Assembly: GCA_038496445.1 (NCBI GenBank)
Contig: JALMLS010000143.1
Coordinates: forward strand, 248,001-312,000
DNA: 64,000 nt
DNA from: Trichosphaerium sp. ATCC 40318
Lineage: Eukaryota; Protista; Tubulinea
Reading direction: 5' to 3'
The position numbers were made by a program, and so were the translations under genes. The notes below the pieces were generated by a model that saw only the letters and a program-made list of their open reading frames with translations, searched no databases and was not told where the DNA came from. Shown here one piece after another: positions 36,701-50,800 of the stretch (position 1 is its first letter; each line of letters begins with the position of its first letter).

Positions 36701-36923
36701 TTTCTTTGCTTCAAAGCCACGTGAAAGCGCATCTCTACATCACACGTGATTAAATGGCGAATACAACGGGATTAGACGTACTTTCAACATTACTGCGCGC
36801 ATGGCGCAAGCGACGCCAATCTTCTGGCTTTGTAGCAAATGCTACTGCGATAACCAAAACTAGAACAAGAAGAGCTTGCTTCATTGTGTAGTATCCGAGG
36901 TAAAAAACTTGTTAGATTTAAGG
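33747..36923 (-). repeat. Left arm of a 3.2 kb inverted duplication (partner 47879-51049)
   Basis: Reverse-complement match over exons, introns, about 40 bp of 5' flank and about 540 bp of 3' flank. Confidence 0.95.
34285..36884 (-). CDS. Sedolisin (S53) / tripeptidyl-peptidase I-like protease, copy 1
   Basis: Signal peptide MKQALLVLVLVIAVAFA, prodomain, GESTLDIE (ExxxD), SGDQG, GTSASTP (catalytic Ser), GWDAVSGWGSP. Confidence 0.95.
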
Positions 36924-38399
36924 GCGTCATCTCAGATTAGTGTTTACTAAATTGTACATGCTTTGATTTACTTTAAACTTTTGCCACACTACAAACACGT
37001 GTATACACAGCTCTGTGTAAAAAGTTGGCTTTGAATATGAACTTCGAGCATTATGATGTGCTTTTTTTAGCAGTTTTTTTTATCTCAATTGTACATCCTC
37101 AGATTTTCCTTAAACTTTATATTCAAAGTCTGCACACATATTTAAGGTGTTTTTGGCAATATCAGCTTCGAATATAAGGTTTAGGGATTGAATTTTTCTT
37201 ATTTTGGAAAGTAAATCTTAATTTAGTATTTTTTCTTTTTTGCAGATGCTTGAATTTGCTTAATACGCTGATATACGGTTAATGTATGTGTGCTAAGTGC
37301 AGTCATCAAAAATGAACTTCAAATACAGGTTTTGTCTTTAGTAATAATGTAAAATAGCCTAAAATGTGTTTATATGATAGTAAAACGCGTTTTAGACACT
37401 TTTCGGTTTTGGCACATCAGTTTAAGCAGTTTTTTTTTTCAATTTTTCAAAGGCGACCTGTGTTGCTCTAAATCGCTATGGAGGATGCTTTGTGTGTCTG
37501 GAATGCATTGTGTAAAAAGTAGCAAATTCTGTACGCTGGGTCTAATCTGAGAGGACGCCCTTAAGAGATGACTTAAAGCCGCAGAAACGCACTTTGTGTG
37601 ACGTTGTTTCCTATCCGTTCCCGTAATCTCGTTAATTTGCTAACAACAAGGCGATCAAGAATAGTTCGTTATATTTTAGAGATGGCAGAAATACCAGTCC
37701 GGGACTGGTTACAGACCGAAACGCAAAAGACGGTTTGTAAACGTCCAAACGGTGCGCTGTCAAAGGAGTACCCTTGGAAAATCGGAAAAATAGCCGAAAA
37801 AGGATTTTTGTCAAAGGGACTCCCCACATAGTTCCATCACATATTTTGGAACCTGTCAAACGTAAAACAATCATAACATGCAACGCACAATGTGAAACTT
37901 TAGTCTTACTTTCGTCAGGCGTCTTTTCACTCTTTTCTTCCCTAAAATGTATTATCCTTTTTTTGAGGTCGTTTAAATTATTGCTTAGGCTCTGTTTGCT
38001 TCAGACAACTGAATTTAACCACAAGTTTACCACGTCTATCTATAGTAGTGAAATTGCTTTTTTTAATTTATTGTTTATTGGTCCTCACCTAAACGCAAGC
38101 GCAACAAAAGCACCAGCGGTTTGGGAAGTTACCAGTACCTCGTGAATAGTCACGTGTTTTCTACATTCTGGTTTATTCTAAGTACGCACCTGGCTCAACG
38201 TTGTTGATCTACCTTTCTTCCAAACCATCCTCACAACAATAAACATAAAAACCACCATAGCTTTATAAAATACATAACTCTCGTAGCAAAAGGTTAAACC
38301 TACCCAATTAAAATCATAAACTATTGCAATAAAATAAATAACACACAAGATAGCCGAAACTATCATGACAGGAGATGGTTTATCAGTGAGAACCGAAGG

Positions 38400-38900
38400 T
38401 GAAGTAAAAGTTCTTTATGTTAGCCCATTACTGAAAAATACGACAATTTCTTTGACACGATTTAAACTGGACGGTCACCATCCTGCATTTATTTGTTAAT
38501 GTACATACTATCGACTTAAGTGAATGTAGCTTGCTAGCAGATGTGGGTATCAAGGCATTGGCTGGTGTCCATACACACATATGAGTAACAAGCTATGGTT
38601 TGAAATCATTGGCTGTTGTACGTATATAGCAGACAGTGGTTTGAAAGCGTTGGCAAATGTACACTATCAATTTGGATTCTTGTAAATTGATAACAGATGA
38701 GGGTGTAAAAGCATTAGCAAGAGTACATACTATCAACTGAGTCGGTGTTACAGAATAACAAACAAGGGCATAAAAGCTGGAGTACATAAAATTGATTTAC
38801 AATTTACAGTTACCAATAAGGGTTTGAAAGCATTGGCAGGCGTTCACGGCATCAAAGCAGTTGGCGTGCATAAAATCAATTTGATGAATGAAGATGTGGA
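38400..38900 (+). pseudogene. Decayed F-box/LRR family relic
   Basis: SPLLKNT (compare SPLLQNT in the 15.7 kb gene) followed by GIKALAGVH-type units with frameshifts. Confidence 0.7.
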
Positions 38901-39009
38901 ACATTTCAAGGTCAAGTCTTATTGGAAGGACAAGAGCCTATTCCAGCGACAGACTGTACGTGTGTTTGCTTTGCTATCTACAACATGCCAAAATGTGTCC
39001 ATTTAATTA

Positions 39010-40143
39010 CCTGTACAGTTGGATTTTGCCTTTCTGTACCACCTAACCTAAACACAACACAACTGAATATTACCCTTGGGTACGCTCTTGTTTCTCCGGG
39101 TTTTTTTTCCAACTTAATGCTATTTCTTGTCTCAAGAGCTTGAGTTCAATCTTGTTCACATCATTATTAGTGGCATTTATAGTTTTGAAATCGGTGTAGA
39201 TTCTCTTCCGTATACAACATTACTTCCAGATCAGATAGGTAGCGTTACCTTTATTTCCGCATTTTGTAGAGATGTTGTTTGGCGTTTGCTTTTGATGATG
39301 TCTTTGTATGGATTTATTTACCAATTTTTAGGGTGTCAGACTTTTAGCTGTGAAAATGATACACAATATAGACGGTACTCTTGACGGTGAAATAATAATA
39401 GGAGATACTATATTAGTAAGAAGTGATCTAATAATTAATGGAAACTTCTCTGTTTTAGGTACGAAACCTTGTTATCATTGTAGTTGCAATACTTATATTT
39501 ACAAGAACGGACAACGATTTTTGAAAGAAGCATCAAATCACGTGATTAATTTTACACCTAGGAGCAATCATTATTGAGTCAAATGATACAATTCTTAATA
39601 TTAAAGGATGTTTAGACGCGACAGATGGTGTTAATATACAATTGAAGAACAATGAAACGTATGTTCAAGATCAAAAAATAATTGAGATATTAACACCATG
39701 TGATGTCGAAGTAAGTCAACAAACATTGAATTTAAGTTTTATTTTACCTTACACCCACCTTTCTTGTAGAATACCACTTTCTCTCTAATTGGTGGAAACA
39801 CAAGTATTGTAGGATGAGTGTTCAGAGTTAAGAGCTAAAAAGACAAAAACATCAAGTGGCATTGCTCTTACTATTGCAATTTATACAAATGGTTGTGGTG
39901 GTAGCTCTTCTTCATTGTCATCAACCCAGGGTAATACTTTAGAAATTGTACTTCCAGCCGTTTTTGCTTATGTGGTTGTTCTGGCATTGGTAGTAACGGC
40001 AGTGATGTACTTTATTAGGTACCTTGAATTTCTTTTTGCAACGTTATTCTTCTCCACCTCTTATTAATTGTGATTCTTAGGTGGCGTAGATTTCACTCAC
40101 TCCCGGCATTTATTACATCATGGTCATCACGGTCTTAACTTGA
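39010..40143 (+). pseudogene. Single-pass membrane protein pseudogene, copy 1
   Basis: Exon chain CLSVPPNLNTT...DSLPY...SCEND...GNFSVL...CSELRAK...hydrophobic segment PAVFAYVVVLALVVTAVMYFIR; frameshifted relative to the copy at 44629-45251. Confidence 0.65.
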
Positions 40144-41169
40144 AGTTGTGAAAGCCTTTTTTTTATGCAATAAAAGCAAGCCAACTATCAACAAGCAACA
40201 TTGATATTTGACTGTCATTAAAAAGAAGAGTTTGAAGCACTCTTCGCTTCTGCCTCAACAAGGGTAGTTGGGGTTTTACAACACATGGTCGTGATAGACG
40301 TGAATGTGTTGGTATTCTTTGATGTCACTTTATTCCCTGTACAAAAACGTTTACTATTTACATGTACAAATATGCGCAAACCATACGGATGGAACGTAAT
40401 TTGTATATCTAAGTATGACTAGCATTGGTCCCGATGAGGTAACTAGCGACGAATACAAACTTGTTTCGCCAACATATAGTCACGTGCTCAAAGTGGGTTT
40501 TTTTCCGTGTCAATACGAGCGGCTATGATCAAGAAGGTGGAGTTATGCAGTTTACTTTTTATGCTGTACAACACTAATAGTACTCTACTAATGGTTGGGT
40601 GGCGTCATTAGGCTTTGTTTAAAAAGTCCTTCTATCTGCATTCGAAATTCCGTTCATAGTAACCGATTGTAGAGCATCCGGGTGTCAGCATATCGCAGTA
40701 TAATAGCTGTGACTTCATGTTAATCTTTTTAGTCCCGAAAATCACACAAGATTATGTTCATCAACCTCTTTTTTATTACTAAACTAGTTGTTACGATAAA
40801 CACCACAGATGTTACGACTGCTTTTAGTTGTTTCATTTGCTCAGCTGTCTTAAGGGGTAAAGTAGCCAATGAAACAAAATCCTGAAAACCCAATAACATG
40901 TTATGTAGGTAATGAACAAAGCTCGCTTTCTTCTTGGTTATAAAACTTAATGCTCTGACAATAAAATATACCCTCCTGGTAACACAACAGGGTTTGACAT
41001 GTTATTACACTTCAATTTATACGTCACCGGATTCACTAACGGTAAGTGGGACAAAGTTGAAACAGAAATAGCACTTTTATGAAATCTGCTAACAATTCGA
41101 ACATAGACACATTACCCGTTGCAATCTTCCCAAAATTCCTTTTTACAATAGACAACGTGTATCTATCTT

Positions 41170-42126
41170 TACGTGTTTTGAATACGAGTAATAACGAATA
41201 AGCTTCTGGATCATTATATGATATGACAACTCGTTGGTCAGAAAATACCACGTGGGAATCCTTTCCTGACAATAAAGGCGTGAACACTATGATTCTGGAA
41301 TGACAGGATCTTATTCTGGCATTAAAAAAGGACAATATGCTAATATAACTATTATCTCAGATTGGAATAGTCTTGATATCATAGCGACCAAAGGTTGGCT
41401 TATTAAGCAAGGTGAGGTGATGGTAAAATTTGTACAATGAAGCCTATACTCGAAGTCAACCTTAGCCTAGCGAATAATGAACCTTACTATTTGTGAACTG
41501 ATTTTAATCACAGATAATACTCATGACTTTTATCCGTGTGACTCTAAGTATCCGCCTTCAATTACAGTGGCTTACATACTTGTAAGTGAATATATAGGGA
41601 TTAAAACCGAGCTGGGTTGTGCAACGTACAAAGACCCACGTACGAAGTTTTTATGAGTAATCCTCAGTTGTCATTTACTGGTATTAAATTGTTGCTAGTT
41701 GGCGAAATACCTTACCCAAAACCTTTCGTAGCGTATACACGTCTTTGCTTTTTCTGTGGTTTGTCGATTCCTTTACCAGGTTTAGTTTTAAAAAGCGGCT
41801 ATGGAACTATCAATGGCGCTGACGTCTATTTTACTACTGTTCCACCTATTCCAAGCAAAGTTTGTATGTATATTTTTTTATTCATTGCTTTGCTCTACAC
41901 CCTACCAATATGTAGCGATTTAATGTTCTGTCACAGTTGGATACTGCTTCTCTGTTCCGCATAATCTAAACACAACACATCTGAATATTACCCTTGGGTA
42001 CGGTCTTTCTGCCGTATTCTTTTTCAAGATTTTAAAGTAACATCTTGTCTGTCCTTTTCAACCTTGAGTGGCGTTTCTAGTGTTGAAATTGGTATAGATT
42101 CTCTTCCATATACCCAGATCAGATAG
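41170..42126 (+). pseudogene. Membrane protein pseudogene copy 2, 5' part (cut by inversion); left limit approximate
   Basis: 41935-42126 parallels 39015-39238 (CFSVPHNLNTTHLNITLG; GIDSLPY; CCAGATCAGATAG). Confidence 0.6.
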
Positions 42127-42141
42127 GCAGGCTTATCTTTA

Positions 42142-43370
42142 ACTTACTACCGCACTCTTGTTTTGATGACTATTTTCAACTGACCAGTCATTGAACCTTT
42201 GAGGTTTTAATGTATTCAGTTCGAGATCATCACTGAGGTCAATGAGTGATTTAAGCACATTGTTTTCAGAGCACATGGATGGATTATTATTGCATATAAC
42301 AGTCACACAGAATAGCCTCGCCTTGTTTTTACCAAAAGAAAGCCAAACTGGATCTATATCTATCCAATCCGGCAATGTATCTATACCTTCTAACCACATA
42401 CTCCATGCTTGTCTTACAACACAAGAAAATGGTTGCCAGCATACTTCTCCCATTAGCATTTGGTCGGTATATTCATTGTCGGTTGCCACTAATGAGTGTG
42501 GTTGGTACGTTGTACGGCTTGTGAAGCTGTAAAACAAGGGATAAAGCAATACCAAAATTACCTCCTCCGCCTCTTGACGCCCAAAACAACATTTTCATTT
42601 GCTGATGCTTTTACTACAGTTCCATTTGCAAGCATAAACGTGACCTCTAGCACATTGTCAGAACCAAGTCCATAACTGCGTGATAGAAAAGACCATCCAC
42701 CTCCTAGTAGAAACCCAGCCACACCAACTAAAGGGCATCCAAGAACTACCCAAGAAGTATTTTGAAGACGACGATAAATGTCATCCCAACAAACTGTAAC
42801 GGAACAGTTGTAACGTTGATGTAAGTTCTAATTTATTAATATTTACAAGTTAAGTAGGATAGATAAGTGATAGAAAACAGATAGAAATTTATGGGAAATT
42901 TCATATATTTTCTACTTCTCATTGAGAGTTCCTCAAGTAATTCCATACGAGTTCTATCGGAGTTCTATAGGAATTCTTAGCGTTACACGAACACCAGCGC
43001 CCACGTGCATCGTACCGTTTTCGTAAAGCACTATATTGTTAAAGTATGTACGAAGTTGTAGGACTACACCACCATCATTTAAACTGTATCTGCGGCTTGT
43101 TGTTAGCATTTGAAGAATGTTATTTCTCACTAACCCTTCTGCGGAATGACCTCCACTTAGCGTTGAGAACGTAGTGTTACAATGTTGTACAGCGCTTACC
43201 GCATCAAAGTCCTCTGGGATATAACTAATGCTGGTGCCTTTTGCGCGAGCGCATTGTCTATTTTGAAAGGCGTTGTTGTAAATGACACTACCAGGGTACG
43301 AAATTGTGCCTGTCCAATCATCATTCGCGTTCAGTTGATCAGTAACACAACTGCACGTGACCTTATATGA
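42142..43370 (-). pseudogene. Berberine-bridge-enzyme-like FAD oxidase, 5' part, frameshifted
   Basis: SGGHSAEG, VGAGV, GCPLVGVAGFLLGGGWSFLSRSYGLGSDNV, then a frameshift before LFWASRGGGGNFGI. Confidence 0.85.
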
Positions 43371-43565
43371 GTTAGTCAAACATGAAAAGTGTCCTAAAAC
43401 AGGTAAAGTGTCCCAAAATTTTTTTTTCACAAATGGAGCTCTAGCTAATCAAAACGAGGTCACCGCACAAACAACGTGTTTGATGCGGTAAAATTTTGAA
43501 GTTGATGAAATGAGGAGCCTGATATGTCACGGAACCTAGTTTTAAGTGGAGAAGGTGCACGCTTA

Positions 43566-44346
43566 TATTGTCTGTTTCATTCAAGTTTTGAAACAGACTG
43601 ACTTTTAGCAAAAAAAATCCAGTTTCTGCCCGATCTGTCAGATCTGACGGATTTGACACTTCTGACAGATCTTGCAAATTGTCATTTTTTTAAATGTGAT
43701 CTACCTTCACGCCTGTCCAGTGAATCCAACCGTTTCAAACCCACGTGATTTAACAAACCCCAGAGCAAACTTTTTTATTTACATATTTGACGCCTAGCCG
43801 TAAGAAGTAGCGGCGTTTACAAAGCCTACAGCAACGCTGGTGGTGTTTTGGGGCGGTTTTGACGTTGTTACACCTTCATTGCTGCTTGGATGCTACCATA
43901 GCGCTTCTGTTAGCGTGGGGTAGGCGCTAGCGTAGCGCTAGTAAGTTATACACGTACGTTGATTTTTTGAAGCAAAACATACAGCAAACAGTGTTTGAGG
44001 CATTCATACCGTGTTTGGCGGTAATGCGATAGCTTTGTAGGACATCATACCTTTTTAATTCGCTTTTAGCGCACCTCTGTGGTTTGATCGTACCGTGTAC
44101 AGTTGGCGTAGGTAAAATACTGCGATCATCTTCCATGGTCTGTTGAAACTTACATTGAAAATTTTGCTATCACTTACCGTAAGGTACCTAAGTCATACAA
44201 TGAAGGACAACATTGTAACACAAATAGTTCACATTGTGATAGATCTACACCATTTGACAGAAGTGTCAGATCTTGCTAGATCTGCTAAAAGTGCTAAAAA
44301 CTCACTTTCTAGAAAATATTAGTAAAACTTGAACAACAGGTAAATA
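43566..44346. mobile_element. Degenerate family A MITE-like element
   Basis: Left end TATTGTCTGTTTCATTCAAGTTTTG, degenerate right end AAAACTTGAACAACAGGTAAATA; inverted subterminal blocks TGACACTTCTG / CAGAAGTGTCA. Confidence 0.5.
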
Positions 44347-44628
44347 ACACATGTTTTGACCAAACGGTTTTACCCGAAAACATACAAAGACAAGATCCTA
44401 CACCAAGGGTTTTGTAGAAAGCTATACACAAATTAAGAAGCCCTCTCGCGCTATTTAATGAACGTATAAGACGTCCTATGCCAAGTTCACCCATTTATCA
44501 ACAAATCAAAGTACCAAAATTCTGTTGACAAACTTGAATAGAAACAAATATTAGAGTCTGACAACAAGGAACCTACACAGGCGCATGTTGATAATAAGTT
44601 GGGTTGTTTTTATCAGCACATAAAGCTT

Positions 44629-45251
44629 TCAACTGTTAAGACCTTGACGACCACGATGTAATAAATACTGGGAGTGAAACCTACGCCACCTAAATTCAAT
44701 TAATGTATGTAGATTCATCAACAACTGGTACCTAATAAAGTACATCACTGCCGTTACTACCAATGCCATAACAACCACAGAAGCAAAAACGGCTGGGAAG
44801 TACAATTTATAAAGTATTACCCTGGGTTGATGACAATGAAGAAGAGCTACCACCACAACCAGTTGTATCAACTGCAATAGTAAGAGCAATGCCAATTGAT
44901 GTTTTTGTCTTTTTAGCTCTTAACTCTGAACACTCATCCTACAATACTTGTGTTTCCACCAATTAGAGAGAAAGTGGTATTCTACAAGAAAGGTGGGTGT
45001 AAGGTAAAATACAACTTAAATTCAACGCCATCTGTCGCCTTCTTGAATGTTCAAAACTATGTCATTTGACTCAATAGTGATTCCGCCTTCCAGCACATTA
45101 ATTCATATTTTCAGGCTCTTTGTACCTAGCACAGTGAAGTTTCCATCAATTGTTACATCACTTCTTATTAATATAGCATCTCCTACTATTTGGCCATCAA
45201 GAGTACCGTTTATATTGACTGTATCATTTTCACAGCTAAAAGTCTGGCACC
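44629..45251 (-). pseudogene. Membrane protein pseudogene copy 2, 3' part (inverted)
   Basis: VPDFSCENDTVNINGTLDG...PAVFASVVVMALVVTAVMYFIRWRRFHSQYLLHRGRQGLNS*; reverse-complement similarity to 39330-40143. Confidence 0.7.
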
Positions 45252-45257
45252 CTAAAA

Positions 45258-45670
45258 ACACAAATGTAACGTCTGCTCAAAGAGGTTACTTATACTTGAC
45301 TTCTGGTTTCCTCAAACCTGGAGCATTCAATCTTGATCTAGTAGACATGTTAATGAATTCGCTTGTCTTTTCCTAATCCTAGAAATCTTGTGCTGTTTCA
45401 CGTGGGAGGTGGAGCAATAACTAGAATCTCTTCAAACGCTACAGCATTTTATCATAGAGACAGCGCATTGCTTATCCAGATCAAGGCAATTTGGGATGAT
45501 CCACAACATGAACAAGCTAACATTGATTGGGTCATGTTACAACAGTAACAAGCAAATATTAAAACTGTAGTTAGATTGATTTTTTCTTTATGTAGTACAT
45601 GTTTTCTCGGCAGTACATTTAAACTCCATTTTATATCTCTTAACTAACGCTCTATAGATCAACTTCCTAC
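45258..45670 (+). pseudogene. BBE-like FAD oxidase, 3' part, frameshifted and truncated
   Basis: LFHVGGGAITRISSNATAFYHRDSALLIQIKAIWDDPQHEQANIDW matches the GG...TAFxHR...W motif of BBE-family C-terminal halves. Confidence 0.8.
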
Positions 45671-46582
45671 GCCACTGCCAACCCTCACTCCAACCGCACC
45701 TCCAACAAGCCGGAATTGCCGTATTATCGGCGAAAAGTATAATATAGTACAAAAACTTTATTTTTGGCATCACCGTGCGTAGGTGATACTACTGTAGCAC
45801 TATTTTCGTTTTGCAACAAAGAGCAAGGGATAACAATACGGACGATACAATCACGTCACAGTTGATGTAAACACTAAAGCTTTTGATCTCTCTGCAACTC
45901 AAGTCTATTTACCTTGTTAGTGCAAGTTTAAACGCCACACAATCCGTATTGTGATAACACCACTAATACAACGTGTACACAACTGCAGCTAACAATGAAC
46001 GAAACCAAACATAAAAATGAAAGGTCCAACCAAAAAAACTACCGTTAAAGAAAAGTCATGACTTTGCTTCTTGTTGAGGAAGACCTAAAGCTGCAACAAC
46101 ATAGGGGTATTGGCTTGAACTCTGTTTGGCCTTTATTGTAGAGGTATCCCATTCGTAGGTGATAAGGGTTTACTGTTACCTCGTGCAGCTCCGTTGTGGT
46201 TTTTAGTCTTATCTCCATCGCCCATACCCAATACTCTACCTGGCGTCCAAACGACATAAGGTAACCTAAATTAAATTTTCTTGTGCAACTTCTCATCTTT
46301 GTCAGTAGCACAGCGCTCATTACTATACAGCACCTAGTGATCCTTCTTTTGAGGCTCTCGCTCAAAACCACTTGTTATTATGTCCTGTTTTGTTTTGAGG
46401 TTACAACGCTCATGGTGCACGCATATACAGTGCTGGCATTGCGTTGAGTGGTATTGCAGAACCAGTTGGTTTTTTTGTGTCTAATAGTCACACGCGTGCT
46501 GAGGGTTGCTACGGTGTTAGTTGAGCACAAAAGCTCAAAGGCGTTTTGTTGCAGTCACAAGTTGCTTTATGCATGCAACTGG

Positions 46583-46897
46583 TCACGTAACTGAAACCAA
46601 CCACAGTACTACTTCATTACTCTCATACCATTCTTTACTCTCTCCTTCACGTTTACCGTTTACAAAGTCGCAATATCTAATAACTGGGGTTGGCGGGGGA
46701 GGGTCGACGCCAAAAATGTGCAGGTCAATGTATCGCTTCTGCCATTTGCCATGTTTCTCAAAGTTGTCATCAAACCTTGTTATCTTCGCAGAGTACTTTG
46801 ATAAGAGAGGCCATGTGACATACTCTCTAAAGTCTAAGTCGGTGATATAAAGATGTGACTCAATAGGAAGCTGTAATAAATAACATGTATCGCCCAT
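46583..46897 (-). pseudogene. Truncated F-box-like plus MORN-variant paralog
   Basis: LLQLPIESHLYI...WPLLSKYSAKITRFDDNFEKHGKW aligns with the 2664-3458 protein; only about one repeat (FVNGKREGESKEWY) remains. Confidence 0.75.
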
Positions 46898-47878
46898 GAT
46901 AATTATCTAATGTATGAATTAATGACGGTTATTATTAATGAAACAAACGCTATTTAATGATGTATTATTGTGACAATAAATACCGAAGTGGTTTTAAATG
47001 AGTTATTTGGGAGAGTGCCGTAACGCACATGATGAATTTTTAGTTAAATTCGGTTGTCTTACGAAGCAAACGGAGCCTAAGCAATAATCTAAACGACTTA
47101 GAAAAAAGATTCGTTTTAAGGAAAACAAAAGACTGAAAAAATAACTGACGAAAGCATAGCCCAGTAATCTTGAAATTAATTGCTATTCCTACTTAGACAA
47201 GGCCAGTTTAGGTTGGCAGGAACCAAGAAGTGTAAAACTTGTCACGTTGGGTATTGCATCGACTGCGCGATTTTTGCTAAACAAACCAATTGAATAAACT
47301 TTGTTGTTCTTGTATTCTCACGTGTTTACAGTATGGTGTCAGTGAACATAAAAAGAAATGTAGTAAATTAGGTTCTTCAACAAGTGCACATGGAAACATG
47401 AAGAGCGGTACAAGAATGGACAACTAAAGTATGCTCGCATATCTGTTGATGGTAAAGAACATGGTAACAGTAACGGATGGTATAAAGTTTCATATTAGGT
47501 ATGTTGATGGTAAAAAACATTTCAAAGTAAAGAATGGTATGAGAAGGACAACTAAAGTTTCGCATTGTGAGTTGCACGTTTAGATTGTTTACGTGTTGAC
47601 AGGTTTCCAAATAAGTGACGGAGCTATGCCTACTTTGTTCGTTTTTATTGTCACTTAAAACAACTAGCAACAACAAGGTAAAACGTTATATCATTGTTGA
47701 CACTTATCCTGCTGTAAGTTACGTTGTTCATGCTCATTGGTGTAATATGATATGGTATTGTGATTGCTTGGTACTAGGACTTTCTTGCGCGTGTCACTTA
47801 CATTCGCAAATTAACGAGATTACGGGAACGGATAGAAAACAGTGTCACACAAAGTGTGTTTCTCCGCTTTTAAGTCAA

Positions 47879-50800
47879 CCTTAAATCTAACAAGTTTTTT
47901 TACCTCGGATACTACACAATGAAGCAAGCTCTTCTTGTTCTAGTTTTGGTTATCGCAGTAGCATTTGCTACAAAGCCAGAAGATTGGCGTCGCTTGCGCC
48001 ACGCGCGCAGTAATGTTGAAAGTACGTCCTAATCCCGTTATTTTCGCCGTTTAATCACGTGTGATGTAGAGATGCGCTTTCACGTGGCTTTGAAGCAAAG
48101 AAACCTGAAGATGTTAGAGGTACGCTAGATTTTATACTGTACAGCTGATATCTCGTAGGCTATCGTTCTCGACAGAAGCGACCCAGAATCTCCTAATTTC
48201 AGGTAAGAAAACTTTGTTCACTACTTTTTTCTGTTACCAACCTATTTTTAATAATGTGTTGGTACCTGCCAACGTTTATGGTATTGTTTACCAAATGAAT
48301 GTCGACTAACTTTTCCAACAGCAAGCACATGACCCCAAAAGAAGTTATGAATCTTATATCACCACCTCAAGCGGTAATGGATAAAGTATCAGCCTTTTTT
48401 ACCCAATTCGATGGTACACGAAGTTATCACGTGACATTACTTTTAATCAATGTTCAAAGGCGTCAGTGTTCTTGAATTAGGTGATGCTTTGAAGATTGAA
48501 GCTACTACTGCGGCTGTAGAGGATATATTCAACACTAGAGTACATGAGTTCGAGCACATTAACAAAGGTGAGTTATCCTCGTAAACCATGTTAATTGAAA
48601 CTTCTGTTTACTTTTCTCGTACTAATATCGTTAGGTTACAGAGCCTTCAGACAATTGGGTGGTGCCACCATCCCAAAAGAAATCTCAGAACACGTTGATA
48701 TTGTCACTGGATTGACTGCTTTCCCAATCTACCCTGACAAACTCGATACATCTAAGAAAGTTGATGCTCCTGACGCCGAATACGGTTCTGTCGTCACATC
48801 TACTGTCCGTAGCCTTTATGGTATTCCACCACACTTGGTACGTAGTTTGTATCCCGTAATCCACTGACTTGTTCAAAGGCGGCCAAAAATGACAAGACAG
48901 CTCAATGTATTCTTGAATTTCTTCCTGTAGAAGGACCATTGTTCACAGGTTCGTACTACACCTTTTTCTTCTTTCACTCCCTTGTTTTTGAGAAACATTC
49001 TTTGAAACTAACTTAATCTTTCCTCAGACATGGCAACATACGCCAAGGAAGCTGATGAAGTATTTACAAACTTTACTACAATTGTAGGAAAGTACCAACA
49101 AGGCGGTAAGTACTCAACCTTTTTTTGAAACAAAACCGTGACTGACTTATTGTTTTTAAGGTTTTGATGGTGAAAGTACTCTTGATATTGAAATCGTCAT
49201 GGGTCTAGGAAGTAAAGTTAAGAACTGGTAAGACAATTGCTCTTTTTTTTGTAAAATTTTGTAGCTCTAACGTGATACCTAAGGTATTGGTCTATTGAAG
49301 ATGGATGGCTATACGAAGCTGCTCTTGAGGTTTTCAATCACGACAGTCGCCCACAAGTTGTCTCTGTATCATACGGATGGCCTGAAGTCGCAACATGCCA
49401 AGCTTCCGTTACACACGCAAAATGTGACAATGGTGATGTAAAAGCTTACATCGCACGTGCCAACACAGAAATCCAAAAAGTGAGTGCTACTGGAGTATCA
49501 TGGATTGTTGCTTCTGTACGTATAAATCAGCGCTCCAACGTATATTATCTTACATGTAGTATTTAGGGCGATCAAGGTGCTGCAGGAAACTTGAACACAG
49601 GTACCATAACTTTAAAGCGAAGTAACATAACTTCTATTAAGGTTGTCAAAATACAACTCACCCTGTCTTTGGTATCTACCCTGCTGGTTCTAACTGGGTT
49701 ACTACTACTTCGTACGTTTCTTTACTATTTCAAAACTAATAATATCTATACAGTGCTACTACCGTTATTGGAGCTGGTACCACAACAACTCCTTCAATCT
49801 GTAACGCATACCCTTGCACAACAGCAAAGCTTGAGCATCCTTGCATGTTTGTACGTACTCAAATTAATCTAAGGTTAAAGGTCTAACTGCTCTACAGAAC
49901 AACACCCTTTACCGATGGACAACTGGAGGTGGATTCTCTGAGATCACTGCAACACCATCATGGCAACAAGCTGCTGTTGCTAAATATACCTCCTCAAATG
50001 CTATTCTTCCACCAAACCAATACTGGTCCAAGACTAACCGTGGATACCCTGATATCTCCGCTACTGGATCTCGTATCTTGATCATTCAGAATGGAAGAGC
50101 TTCTCAAAGTGCTGGTACCTCAGCATCAACACCAACTATCGCTGCAATCGTAAGAAAATTAGTTTTTTTGCTTCCTACTGTTCGCTTCTGAGTTTTGTTT
50201 TTAGGTCTCTTTATTGAACGATGCACGTATGGAAGCTGGTAAGCAACCTTTAGGTTTCTTGAACCAAGTCCTATACAAGATGGGTGAAGACCAATCAAAA
50301 TACTTTACCGATATTACTGCCGGTGACAACACATGTACTCAAGGTAGATGTTGCCAATATGGTTACGGTAAGCTTTTGAACTAGTACTTGTCAGTTCATC
50401 TTCTTACGTTTTATTAGGTGCTGTAGAAGGATGGGATGCAGTCTCAGGATGGGGAAGTCCTAAATTCGCAGCCATGAAGGAATACGTCATGAACTTGCCT
50501 TAAAAGTACAGTGTGCTTCAAATAAAATAACAATGTTGTTTTATCAGATAAGACTTTTGTTTTTCTCCAAGTCATAAAAAAACCTTTATAAGCTGTTATT
50601 GTACTGCGTTACAAAATACTCTATGTAGGGTATAATTGGGCCGTCCCTTATTTATTCTACCTGTCATACAATTATAGCCACTTACAAAGAATAAACCATT
50701 TAGAGTAATTTGAGATGTAAACCGTCATCTTGGCACGTGACTTAGAAACCCGTTTATTTCAACTTTTTTTTTGTAGTTTCTGTTAGTGTTTGTAATTTAC

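Noticed and set aside
32470-46897. Programmed frameshifting, RNA editing or an alternative code as the cause of the many broken frames
   Set aside because: Lesions are heterogeneous and confined to relics; the housekeeping genes translate cleanly with the standard code.
916-46897. Endogenous giant-virus insertion
   Set aside because: Virus-like repeat genes are interspersed with intron-rich host genes; no capsid, packaging ATPase or polymerase seen.
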